A stretch of 64,000 bases of DNA from Chiloscyllium plagiosum (Eukaryota): assembly GCF_004010195.1 (NCBI RefSeq), contig NC_057752.1, positions 5,323,223 to 5,387,222 on the forward strand, given 5' to 3'. The notes beneath the pieces were generated by a model. It had not been told where the DNA came from. It saw nothing but the letters and a program-made list of their open reading frames with translations, and searched no databases. Numbering within the stretch: position 1 is the first letter of the stretch; each line of letters begins with the position of its first letter. The position numbers were made by a program, and so were the translations under genes. Below, one piece after another: positions 38,368-50,357 of the stretch.

Positions 38368-39711
38368 GTGAGAAACTTGCTTTTAAACTGGGGCTGTTTG
38401 TCAATTTTGAAACTTGTCTTGGATCTGCTGTACTCTGAATTTTTGATGTCTCATTTTTCTGATAAATAGCAACATCATCTGTACAGATTTATTTCCATGA
38501 GGAAAAATAATTAGTTCAAACATTTTGCTGGTCAAAACATCCATTCGACCTTTTGTTGTAAACTGCTGCAATCTTGATGGTGATTTGCACTTTTATAGTG
38601 TTGGGTAAGAAATTGATATTGACCCAGAGACAATGAAAGAACAAAATGGAACATGACTTGGAGAGAACTTGCTTGTCATGTCCATACCACTGTTGACAAC
38701 ATGCTGATATTTGCTGTTCTGGCTGTCTGTGGATCACCAGCACTGTGGAAACCACAGCCCAGGAAAATGTAACTCTTTCAGATGACCAGGTGAGAGGGAA
38801 GATTAATCCAGATAAAATTGGGTTGGAAAGAAATTATAATCAGCTGAGTCAACAAAATATGTAACTTTATTTTTGTGTAGTATTAGCATCTATAAATTTA
38901 ATCGAAAAGTGTCAACTGGATGTGACCTTTCTGCTCCCAAGAAGAATGAATGCTATCTGGGTGACCAAAGGAAATGCAATAGAAATGTACAGATAAGGCA
39001 AGCTTATGATTAACACTAGGCTCATAGTACAATAGAGCATCAAGCAGAAAAGAAATGTAGAGATGTTTTGAGGGGAAAATTGAAAATAAATTAACTGATA
39101 ACGTAATAGAGAATATTAAAGACTTTTTGAAATATGCGCAGACTGATAAAGGGTAGGCAGATTGGTAAATGGAAACCTAGCGCAGACAGAGTACATAGTT
39201 GGCAAGTGTACTTTTAATCTTTCTTCACAAAAGATAATGTCGAAGTCACAGTAAAGTGAATGAATAAAAATAGGCACTTAACAGTTGAACCGTACAGTAT
39301 TTAAGTCACCTGATCTAAATTAGGTTGTTGAGGCAAGTGGGGTGGGAATATTAAAATGCTGTGTGTGCTGCACTGAAAACAATGCACTCAATGTAAGTAT
39401 CCACATTTGTGTTTCCTTTCCATGTAACTGAAAGGATTTACAGGATATATGTTGTGCCTTATCTGTCACAGTTAAATTTTTGGGTGGTGCAGTTATCTCT
39501 GCTGTTGTGTGGCATTTGTAGGTATATTTTAAAGTTACAACCTCCACAGTTTGGAGACTCACTGCTTCCTCTCTTGGGAATATGCTCTGCTGGCAGGCCC
39601 ACTATTCACCAAGCTCGGTGCTTTGCAGTGTTAATATCTTGGTGCCTGTCAGTGTTCCCATTTTGACTTTGGGCCACTGACTACTTGCTAGTCATGCTGT
39701 AGGAGATCCTT

Positions 39712-39800
39712 TGAATTCTGAAGAAGGGCCACTGGGCTTGAAACTTTTTTTCTCAACAGATTGGCTGTGTTGTTCCAGCACACACTGTTTTTGTTTCAGG
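39712..39800 (+). mobile_element. Penelope-like terminal fragment with hammerhead core
   Basis: CTGAAGA(39718)-a-gggcc-actg-ggctt-GAAAC(39740); cleavage-site region deleted. Confidence 0.55.
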
Positions 39801-39809
39801 AAATCCTCT

Positions 39810-40185
39810 AGTTGCCTCAATGCTTCACAACAAAGTGTTCTCTGGAGTTACTGTAATGTAGCTGAATGGATTGTAGCAGCTATTCTACACTAGCAATGCC
39901 CTATAAAAAGAAAGAAGGTGACTGCAATGGCCTATGTTTGCTAATTGGATTGATTTAAAGGAGGAATGTTGACCAGGGCATCAAGAGCATATCCCCAGCT
40001 TTTTAATATTGCCTTCTGATCTTTAATATTTATCTGAAACGCAAGAGGGGCCTCAGTTTAAACTTTTATCGAAAGCACTGCATCTAATAATGTACAATTG
40101 AGGCCAGCTTAGGCTGCGAGCACAAATCTTAGAGTGGAGCATGAACCCACAGTTCTTTGCCTCTGAGACTGATGTGGGTGAGTCA
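39810..40185 (-). mobile_element. DeuSINE-like copy, old
   Basis: Reverse complement resembles 19062-19500. Confidence 0.55.
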
Positions 40186-40590
40186 GACAAAAGATTTTTG
40201 GCTTTTAAAAACGATGAATGGAGACCAAAAATTGTCTTAAATTCACAACTCTGCCTTCACTGAAATTACAAGTGAAGTCTTTGAATACTGTGAAATGTTT
40301 TTTGTGCACTCGGCCACCTTGCACTTTTTGTAATCTAACCCCTGGAGTCTGTTATTTATTCATTAAACTAGAAAAGTAATTATTTTACAGTACGTTCGGC
40401 ATGATTTCAATAATTGTTTTGTCACCTTTACTTCTCAATCTTAGTTTGATATTTGTTTTGGAAATTTACCATAGCTAATTTTCCTAAATATCTGGTGGGA
40501 AAAATAAAATATTAACAAAATTGGTGTTGTGGGTAGATGATAGAGGGCTAATGGTGGAGTGGTAATTTTTAAACATTTTTGTTTTGACAG

Positions 40591-41717
40591 GTTCCATTGA
40601 AGCTACTAGTAGTAGTGTGGAAACAGCAATTCAAAGACGACAAACGTCTGATGTTGGCACCAAGGAGCAGGTGGAATCTCAATCTCTTATTTCTTCAGAG
40701 GAAGGTGGGGTTGAAGACTTAACTACAGTGAAAGAGTTTGAACATGAGAAACCTGATGAAGGATTCCATTCTTCTCCAAATAGAGATGTTTGTCAGACTT
40801 CTGAAACTGGAGGAGGTGCACAACCTTCTGAGAGCATTAAAAGTGGAGTAATCACTTCAGTGGAACCTTTGTCTGCAGGAAAAGAATTGCCAGAACATTT
40901 CAGTTTGGATCCAGCAGACCAGTTGGAAGATTTTATACAGGAGAAGGAAGTAAAAATGGAGAGCTCGGTTTCTCTGTTAGACCAGGTAGAGCCAGGTCTT
41001 CCTGCAGAGATGGGTGTCAGTCCCACTGGTTCCATCCCAGAAGAATTGAAACCCCACCGCCTTATCTCACACCCTGACCTGATGGACTCTGCTAGTAACT
41101 CTGCCGAAGCACAATTAGACTCTGCCACCTCTGTTTCGATCAAGCAGGAGACTAACCAAATCCAAACAGACAAAACTGAGCTCTGTGACATTCCTGCTGA
41201 TTCAAGCTGTAGCTTCGTGGAGAGGGGTGAAGTTTCTGATATAGTCTCGGATGGAATGGAGACCAGGGATAATCCTGTTGAAATGGAAGTTAATGATATT
41301 GTGACCCCTATGGAGGTTGTACCTGCAGTAAATAAGCTAAAGACTGAGCAAGATGCTCAAATGGAGGTGCAGGATATTGGGAGCACAGACCCTGTCAGTA
41401 ACATGTTCATTAAATCCGAGATAGTAGAGGAAATATCGAATCAAAGTCAAACGGACTCGAACAGCACCTGCTTGGAACCAGATTATCCAGTTACTTTGGA
41501 CCGTGATCCCAGTCTGGCTACTATGGATGTTTGCATGACCGTAGCAGATGATGTTTCTCCAAGGGTGGAAGAAGAAGCTGAAAAGTCCAATTCAGACCTC
41601 CGGTTAACAGAAACTGAAGATTCCCTCCCAGCTGACTCTGGAATGATGAAGAGTGAATCTGGCAAGCCTGCTATAATGAAGAGGCGCTTTTCACCAGGTC
41701 GCCCTCGAGTCAAGCAG
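40591..41717 (+). CDS. KMT2D: KMT2D coding exon 11 (large acidic linker ending FIKSEIVEEISNQSQ...KRRFSPGRPRVKQ)
   Basis: Lies within the 408-aa ORF 40584-41810. ttttgacag acceptor, cag|gtaaac donor, 1127 nt. The IKSEIV.EISN.SQ block resembles KMT2D IKSDIVNEISNLSQ. Confidence 0.93.
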
Positions 41718-42079
41718 GTAAACGAGGAAGAAAGGGCTTTATTATTTCAAAAATATGTCTTTTATAATCAACCTCTACAGCAATGTTATTACACATCTCT
41801 ATCCAGGTAGGACTTGAACCCAAGCTGCCTGGCTCACTCTTAAGGAAACTACCACTGCATATCAACATCCCTGGTTTTTGAATTTTAGCTGTGATTGAAA
41901 TAGAAGATTGTCCACTTAATGAAACAACTTTGAATGGATATTTTGAAGGTTCTGTGCAAGAGTGCACAGACATGCACACTTTTTCCTCCTTCCTTCCATA
42001 CCATAAGCTTTTGAAGCTTGTGTGGATCAGTTAACAGCATAGACTGGGAATCGGACAAATGGCTATGCAAATGCACGAA

Positions 42080-44295
42080 GTTTATGGTACTGAAGGAAAG
42101 CTATTCAGCATATTGTCTCTTTGTTCTTGCAATCCAAAACTAATCCTATTGGCCTGTTGTCCCCCTCTGCTTCAAATAACTTATTTCATTTCCCTTGACC
42201 AATTTTAAGGTGTCAAGTCTCAATCACTTTATGGTGATTTATATTACCCTCACATGAATCGCCATGGTCTCCATCAAACCTTTTGGGAATTTTCCAAATG
42301 TGTGAACTAAATTTCATTGTTGTTTCTGATATGGTGCAAATACTATTGGCTTTTACTCATGCTCATAGTTTCCCATCTCTGGCGTAGTTTTGCTGTACAC
42401 TTTCTATAGAGTAGACATGACTTGCAAACTGTGGCCTAACTAGTATATTGTGAAATTCATCCCTATTTTTAGGTGCCTACTTGTATTTCTACTGATTTTC
42501 TTTAAAAACAAACTTTTTAATAACTATTTATATTTTGAACCTTCAGCAAATCATATATTTGAATATCCAGGTTTCGTATTTCTTTTTACCCCTTGATCAA
42601 CTACCTCATCGACAGCCTGTCATACATTCTGCTAACCTGCCTGTCACCCTGAAGTATTTTACAGAGCTTCTCTCTCTGTTTAATTATTCACTTCCTATTG
42701 TACCAGCAACAAGAATAGGCTATTCAGACCCTTGAGCCTGATTTGGCATTCACATGGCTTGTGATTGATCTGATTTTTAACTTCAAATCTGTATTCCCAC
42801 CTGTCCCTTATCATCTTTCACTTCCTTGTTTAACCAGAATCTATCCACTTCTGCCTTTTTTAAAAAAAAATTCAAGGACCCCCCTTCCTGAAAAGGTTGT
42901 GGAAACAGAATGCCAAAGAGAGACAACCTTCAGAGTAAAAAGATTTCCCATATTTATGCTGTATTTGCACATCTTTACTGTCTCATTTTAACCTTTTCTG
43001 TAACCTCCTCACGTCACCTTTGCAACTTATTTTCTTATCTATCTTTGCGTCATCAGCAATTTTGGCAGTCATACCTTCCACTCATCGCAGCTCGTCAATT
43101 CTCTGCTTAGTCAATCTTCAATTCATACCGATATGTTACCTGCATACCACGAGCAGTAACCTTTAAGGCAGTTTATCAAATGTCGTCTTTGGTCACCCTT
43201 AATCCACAGCACAAATTGAACTCCAATGGATCGGTCAAAAATGACTTCCTTTTCACAAAACCTTATTGACTTGGCCTGATTCGCCTGAATTCATCTTGGT
43301 GTCCTGGTACAACTACTTTCTTAATAGCATTTGATATTTGCCCTATGGCAAGTGTTAAGTCAACAGGCCTATAGTTCTGTCTTTCTTTTTGAATAAAGGA
43401 GGAACATTCGCTGTCCTCCATTCCAGAATCAAGAGAACTTTGGAAATTTAAAACTGATGCATCTCACTAGTTACATCTTTTAAGACTACATGATAAAATC
43501 CATCATGATGTAGGTGCTTGTCAGTCTCTGATTTGTGATTTTCTGTCTGTCCCTCTCTTTCATTTCCAAATTTATCAATGCTTCTGTGTTGTTTGGTTCA
43601 TTCTGACAGTTTCTTATTTTCCATTGTCAATTCTTCAGGCTCACTTTGTTAACTCTTTTTTTCTAAATATTTATAGGAACTCCTTGCCATCCGTTTTAAT
43701 ACTTTTATTGTACTCTAATTTTTGACTCAGTTTAGTGGGTCTGCCTTACTGCTTAACCTATTAGATTTTAAGTAGAGCAGTTCTACCTGTTTCTCATCTT
43801 TACTCTGCACTATCATATAGGAAGTAGGAGCAGGAGTAGGCCATTCTGTCCTTGTTGTAATCTACCATTTGGCATGATCATCCAGTTCAGTATCCTGTTC
43901 CTCCTCTTTCTCCACTTACCTTTTAATACCTTTGGTCCTAAGAACTGTATCTAATTCCTTCTTGAAATCATTGAATTGTCTTGCCCTCTTGTATGCCCTC
44001 CTTTCATACATCAGTCCTACCATCCCAGAAGTCATTCTGCAAACCCTTATTTCATGAAATCAGGAGACCAAAACTGCATGCAGCATTCCATTAAGGTCTC
44101 ACCACAGCTCTGTACAATTGCAGCAAAGCATCCTTGTTGTATCCAAATTCTCTCGCCATGAAAACCAATATACTGTTTGCTGCCTGCTGCACCTGCATGC
44201 TTGCTTTGATTGCCTTGGTACACCAGCCAAGCAACTCTTGTTGCATCTCCAGCTTTCTCAATCTGTTGCCGTTCAGATAATCTGGCCCATGTTTA
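42080..44295 (-). mobile_element. Several highly degraded CR1 fragments
   Basis: Tails at about 42710 and 43815; LLQLYRAVVRP remnant. Confidence 0.65.
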
Positions 44296-44309
44296 TTCAC
44301 ATCCATGTC

Positions 44310-44770
44310 TAGGTGTATGGAAGGATCCCACTGCACTGATCAAAGAAGCGCAGGGAAGTTCTCCCATTCTTTGGCTAACAATGAAAAACTAATTATTTGG
44401 TAATCTACAACAAGGACAGAAGTTGCTGGAGGGGCTTAGCAAGTCCAGCGGCGTCTGTGAGGGGAGGTCAGAGTTGACGTTTTGGGTCTGGTGACCCTTC
44501 CTCAGGACTGAGGAGGTTCTGGAGAGGGGTCACCAGACCCGGGGCATTGGCTCTGGCTTCTCTTCGCAGATGCTGCCAGACTTCTGTTTTTGTATCTGAT
44601 TTGCAGTATCTGCAGGTCTTTCTGTTTTTATCCAGTCATCTGTCATTGCTGTCTCTGAGACTTTCTATGCACAGTGGCTGCAGTATTTCCTACACTGCAG
44701 CAGTGAATATTTTATAAAGCGCTGCATTGCCTATAGAACATTTTAGATCATTCTGATGTCATGGATGCAA
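44310..44770 (+). mobile_element. DeuSINE 3' half, interrupted by a palindromic Penelope-derived insert
   Basis: ggatcccactgcact...gcagggaagttctccc, and after the insert gtcattgctgt...tggctgcagtatttcctacac. Confidence 0.6.
44407..44630. mobile_element. Palindromic Penelope-like terminal element (two inverted hammerhead-derived arms), A-to-G hypermutated
   Basis: Arms 44454-44509 and 44515-44570 are inverted. Minus strand of the left arm reads CTGAGGA-a-gggtc-acca-gaccc-aAAA-CGTC. Confidence 0.75.
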
Positions 44771-44955
44771 CATTGCTATGTTTGAGAAGGTCACAGCCTC
44801 CTTGTTTAAGCTTCTTCTTTGTTCTTTCTCTGCCAAGTGTACCACTTTATATGTCTTTTGCATTGAACTGCAGCTGCCACCTGATTGCCAACTCCTCAAA
44901 CCCAGCAATTTCTTCGAATCTCCTGGTTTTAAAGAGTAAATTAATTTTCTTTATA

Positions 44956-45222
44956 TATTCATGAGATGTGGATGTCACTGACTAAGCCAGTGTCTATAGT
45001 CCAGAGGGCAGCAAACAGTTAACCACATATAGACCAAACCAGGTAAGGATGGCAGGTTTGATCCCTAAGTGGACCAGATAGGCTTTCCCAACAGTTAACA
45101 GTGGTCATCATTCCAGATGTTCTTTTTATTAAATTCAAATTCCGCCACCTACCGAATCAGAATTTGAACCTGGGTTCCTGGGCCTCTGAATTAATAGTCT
45201 CATAGATGATACCACCGCCCCC
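44956..45222 (-). mobile_element. tRNA-derived SINE (second family)
   Basis: Similar to 33480-33800. Confidence 0.65.
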
Positions 45223-45869
45223 TATCTACACTCTACCTCATACTTATCGAATAGAAGTACTTGTCATGGGCTGGGAAGTGAGAAATATGTTTTTGTTTTG
45301 ATTCAGAATTGAGGAATGGGAAGAGAGAAAAAAAACTATAAATAAATAGGAAGGACTTAAAGTGATATGGGCTAAATGCTAGCAAATGGGACTAGATTAA
45401 TTTAGGATATGTAGCCGGCATGGACAAGTTGGGTCTGTTTCCGTGTTGTACAATTCATATGACTATTATACTTCGTTTGCTATGCATTAACCACTCACTC
45501 CGCTTGTCCAAATCACCTTACTTCTGAAAGCCCTGCTCATCTGTATAATGTCCAACAGCATCACCTGCAGGCAGAGGATTATCTTCACATGCATACTGGC
45601 AAAACATCAACAGAGACTGTGGAGGAGGTGGGAAGAAGTGCTTATCAGACATGCAGTGTTGGATGAACCACTGGCCATTCATCTTGTTGCTACCTGTAGA
45701 ATTTGTCAGTGTTCAAATTTCATGTCACCTCATCAAAGTCAATGCATTTCAAAGTCAGTAAATGAACTACACTGGTGTGTATCTTCGACACTTGATTATA
45801 TGCTGCATAAGTTCAAGTCCATTTCTCTTCAAACATATTTGGTTATTGTGTACACTTACATCTCACTGC

Positions 45870-46769
45870 AGTAAGACACAGGAAATCGAGCACCACTATT
45901 CCCAGGGTTGTCACAAAGCAGACTTTATAAAAGTACTTAAAGTTCCCCAATTTGCCTGTCTTTTAGACCCAGGTTGACAGAGAGCATGGACCAGATTTCT
46001 GTACTTAACAATTACTATTTATTACAAATAAATAGTCTAGCTGTAACTAAACAAATGAACTGTCAACATATAACTATATAAAACTCTAACCTGCTTATAA
46101 AACCTCCTCTCTCCAAACACTCAATATCTATGACTTTATTTCTTTGAGTGCAAGGAAATACTAGGAAGGCAGTTCAATGGGCACTATCCACAAAGTTCTC
46201 TGTGATGATCCTTTTGTCTCATCAGGACTTGCTGCTCCTCAATCTTCTTTTCCCAGGTCCTTTCGCTTGCTTGTAGGTGGCACTGAGTGACTGGTTCCCA
46301 TTTAAAGTCTTTGACTTATTGGTTAAGAGCCATGGCTTACAGCAACTTATGAGGTGAAATGAACTGACTTCTGTCAGGCTTGAGACTTTTTTTTTTCTGT
46401 AGACAAAAGGACACCACCTGCCTTTTTAGATGTCCAGTTAGCTTCTGTTCATCTACCTGGGAACAAATCACAATTGTTGGCAGCCAAAATAATCTTTGTC
46501 ATTGACAACTTGTCACCATCCACTGACCAATCCGCTCCTTGTTCCTGGCTGCATTTCCCTTCATGCACACCCCTGGTTCCAGATAATCTGTAGTAAACCT
46601 GCCATTCTGCTTGCACAGACCGTAGTTTAAACAGCACTTTCAACCAATGGCTAGTAACTTGTTTTTGAAAAGTGCTGTAACCTTTGCTTGGTTTTTAAAG
46701 CAGTCCTTTTCCTATTTCAGTCCACGACCAAAAATACACACAATTTAAAAAAAAAGGGTCTTTGTAACA
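45870..46769 (-). mobile_element. Candidate solo LTR
   Basis: Starts (a)gtaagac and ends gtaaca; flanks actgc/attgt could be a decayed 5-bp TSD; AATAAA on the minus strand near 46020. Confidence 0.35.
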
Positions 46770-47065
46770 ATTGTCATGCTTTGACTTGAGCAAAGCAATA
46801 TTGAGTGAAGAGCAGTTGCTGCTGTTGTCAGTTATAGAAGTTCTGGATGTGAGGTTGGGGGGAGTGGCGGCTGGTGGGTAGAGGTGGGTGATCATGTGGT
46901 TTAAGATATTGTGAGGATGATGGTTCTATTGGGACTTGCCCGATGATTCCTTTTTATCCCTCCCCTCTGAGTTTACATGACACTGTCACATGTATTCAGA
47001 ATTTCGCAGCTAAAGGTAATTTTTTTAAAAATGTGGAATTTAAAACATTCATTATTTTGCTTCAG

Positions 47066-47179
47066 GGTCGTTGCAACAGTTTTCCAGGCAAAAAACGACC
47101 CCGTGGTGGCGGGCATGTTGGGCGAGGACGAGGGCGATCACGTTTGAAGTCTGTGTCTGGAATCTTGGAGTCTCTAGGG
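47066..47179 (+). CDS. KMT2D: KMT2D coding exon 12 (GRCNSFPGKKRPRGGGHVGRGRGRSRLK)
   Basis: ttttgcttcag acceptor, ggg|gtaaga donor, 114 nt. Confidence 0.95.
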
Positions 47180-48472
47180 GTAAGAATTAAATGGTTTGGG
47201 TATCAGAAGTTGGATTATTTTGGGGAATAGTTGCAACCTAATTAATCCATTGCAGATTTATTTATGATTGCATTGGACCAAAAGCATGAAATACACATTT
47301 GTGGCACAATTTTACACACACATTGTGTAAAATTTTACACACAAGTTTGTGACCACACTTTGCCAATGTAGTGTTCTTGTTTTTCAAAACATATTTGGGC
47401 CGTTATGGGGATGTCATTAATAAGAGTGAAGCACTTCTCTGTTGGCATACTGGGGGAAAATCTGAGATCCAGTCAATCTTCTCTTCTGTGCATTTAACAA
47501 GTGGTAGCAGAAGCCCACTCTTCAGGTGGGGATATGTTCTATGAAGTGAACAGAATTCAGAATGGTAAAAGGTAACCAAACGTGTTCACTCACTATCAAA
47601 ATCTCTGTCCATATTTAAGCTTCATTATAGCCAATTTGTATTGTTTAATTTGATTATTTTTGTTTCTCAAGTTTTATATACAGCATTTAAAAATGAAATC
47701 ATTTTAGATTTAAAAACTGGATCAAGTTCTTTTTGACGTCTTAAATTTAATACAAACTAAAGTTTTTATTTTAAAAAGTAACAATAGAGTAAAATGCTAA
47801 TCTAGAATTACTTTTTATAATTCTCAGGCACCAATTTTGAGACCCAGCATTAGACTCTTCGACCGAATAGGGCATAGGTTTATTTGCCTTTAGCCACTTG
47901 CCTGCTGCAGTGACTTTACAGCAATAAAAATTGTTGCTTATGCATAAGGGAATAGTTGTGATCCTTCTCTCACTAATCAATACTTTGTGTCTCTGAAGCC
48001 ATGTTTCAAAGGTTTAACGGTATTGTAACTGTACCAATGCACTGTTTTGCTTTCTCCATTTCAAATTTGACATGAAAAGCTCAGGTTTCCTACAATGTAA
48101 CAAATGTAGTACCCAAATGTAGTACCTCATTGTAGTACCCAAAAATGAACCAGGTCTCTCCAAATGAAACACACTATATTTAATTACTTTTCATGATGAA
48201 AACTGAACCAGCATGTGCGTGCATCGCTTTCATTGCAATAGCATCGCAATTGCAGGTGCATCATTGATGTGCACAGGCCGCTGGACCTGATATTTCAAGA
48301 TAAAACAGTGGGCATTTTTATGGTCAAATTTAAAGAATTTATTTTTTTCTAAGTCATCACTGCCTGAAAAAAAAGTCCAGGCATTTAAATAGAATTAATT
48401 GCAAGGAAACTGACTTGAATGTCTAGTGCTGAACTGATTTTCTAGTGCTGAACTATCTATATCTTGTCTCAG

Positions 48473-48580
48473 TCTACAGGAGTGGATACATCTCCAAGTA
48501 AAGAGGAAGATGACGATGATGATACAATGCACAACACAGTGGTTCTCTTCTCCACTGAAGACAAATTTATTCTCCTACAG
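48473..48580 (+). CDS. KMT2D: KMT2D coding exon 13 (SPSKEEDDDDDTMHNTVVLFSTEDKFILLQ)
   Basis: tcttgtctcag acceptor, cag|gtaggc donor, 108 nt. Confidence 0.94.
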
Positions 48581-49501
48581 GTAGGCTATCTTAATCCCAA
48601 ATGATTCAATCAGTTCATAAACATTTAATAGATACAGTAGACCCCTGTCTTGGTTATTGGCATTTGTACACCCTTGAAGTTATGCACAATAATTTACTTG
48701 GAAGTTGGACTTTAGTTTTGAATAAACATCTAAAATGCAGCTGATAAGTTTTCACAGACTTTGGTTTCTAAATTCAACAGGGCAAATTGTCAGCTGGATG
48801 TTTGGTATCTGATTTATTGTCCATATAGCTGATAGGTTAGTTTTGGTAAAGTAAGGCTTCAGGTTGTGTGGTTGGTTGATTGATTTTTCCTGGGGTTCTT
48901 AGATATTCAACTCTAAATTTTGAATAATGGGCTAACTAGTATCATGGTAGTAGTGGGTGTTCCTGAAGGCTACAATGTTTTCAGTTCCCAATGGTAGTGT
49001 AACTCCAATGCAGATTAAATTTGTGACCCAGGTGCTTGTAGCTAGGATCCTCTGAAAGGTCTAGTTAAATAATTGATGGCATGTGGCATTTGACTTGACC
49101 ATTTAGAACACTGAAGAAGTTGACACACAGCAACTTGTCCTGAGTACCTTGATTAGTTTGATGAAGGGTGAGCAGTTGGTCTTTAAGCTGGTCTGCAACT
49201 CAACTTATTAAAATACATTTCCTGTACTTATGATTGGCTCCTTTATATTGACCGGTGTTGTGTACTCAAGTCAGAACAAATCGCCTTACAAACAGATTGG
49301 AACCCGTTTGCCCAGGGGCTGCCTGTATGTGAATCCAATGCAAATAGTTTGGGAACATTGCTATTTGAAAATATTTTTCATCAAGTACAAACGGGGCATC
49401 TTGATTCAAAAAGTGTATTTACAAAACTATAAACTAGTGTACATGTTAACAGATGATATTCAAGAATGACTTGTAATATTGCTTTTCTTTTTATCTTTCA
49501 G

Positions 49502-49606
49502 GATATGTGTGTGGTGTGTGGGAGTTTTGGACGAGGGGTAGAGGGACAGCTTTTGGCCTGTTCACAGTGTGGGCAGTGCTATCACCCATACTGTGTCAAT
49601 AGTAAG
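49502..49606 (+). CDS. KMT2D: KMT2D coding exon 14 (DMCVVCGSFGRGVEGQLLACSQCGQCYHPYCVNSK)
   Basis: tctttcag acceptor, aag|gtatgg donor, 105 nt. Confidence 0.97.
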
Positions 49607-50357
49607 GTATGGAGATAAGAAAGGGAGATGAGAGTTAAATTTATAAAGATCCTAGTGTTAAACAATGATTAATAAATGCTGACTTTGCACAATAGAAAAG
49701 AAAGGAGAATCAACAGCAAGTCAGAGGTTGTAACTAAGTACTTCCTGTTGACTTGTAACAGACCAATGGAGCAACATTGGCAAATGTCTGTGAAAGAGCA
49801 CCCATTTGCCTACATGGCCAGAGTGCTTTATGTTGTTACTAAAGTCCTAAAATAAACAGGCAATAAAGGCAAAAATAAACCTTCAGCAGCTGCAGAACAT
49901 ATGAGCATACTGTGAAACAAGCTGTGCCTTTTTTTTTGTCCAAGAGCTTTTTTGGAGTGTACTGTGCAGTGCATGTTTACTTTATATTACTTATATAACA
50001 CTGATTTGATTGAATTTATCCAAAGTGAGGGAATTTTGTCCTTATTTCCGCATCCAACAATTCCTAGTACAGTAACACAAAGCAGGGTTCTGTATGTACG
50101 TTCACTTATAAAAGCAAGAGGATTCCCTCTGTCATGCAACCATAAGAATTCTATGCAGAGTGTATGTACAGTTTTACTACTAATATTGTTGTAAGGAAAA
50201 TCTTCCCCCAATGGCTAAAAGGTGCAGTACCTCTATCTAAATTTTAAACCCTCAGTCATGCCTCCTCAAAGTAATATAACAATTTAGATCTAAATCTGAA
50301 CTCTTACTGGAATATTATCAAATCTTTAGGTTTTTGAATATGTTCTTTGTCTTGCAG

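Noticed and set aside
38741..38789. Extra exon candidate (accag|cactgtgg...gaccag|gtgaga)
   Set aside because: In the required phase it hits TAA. Its open frame (phase 2 to 0) is incompatible with the neighbouring phase 1 junctions, so it could only be a poison exon, for which there is no evidence.
40793..41713. Antisense ORFs (132 aa and 76 aa)
   Set aside because: Shadows of the exon 11 coding frame with no independent features.
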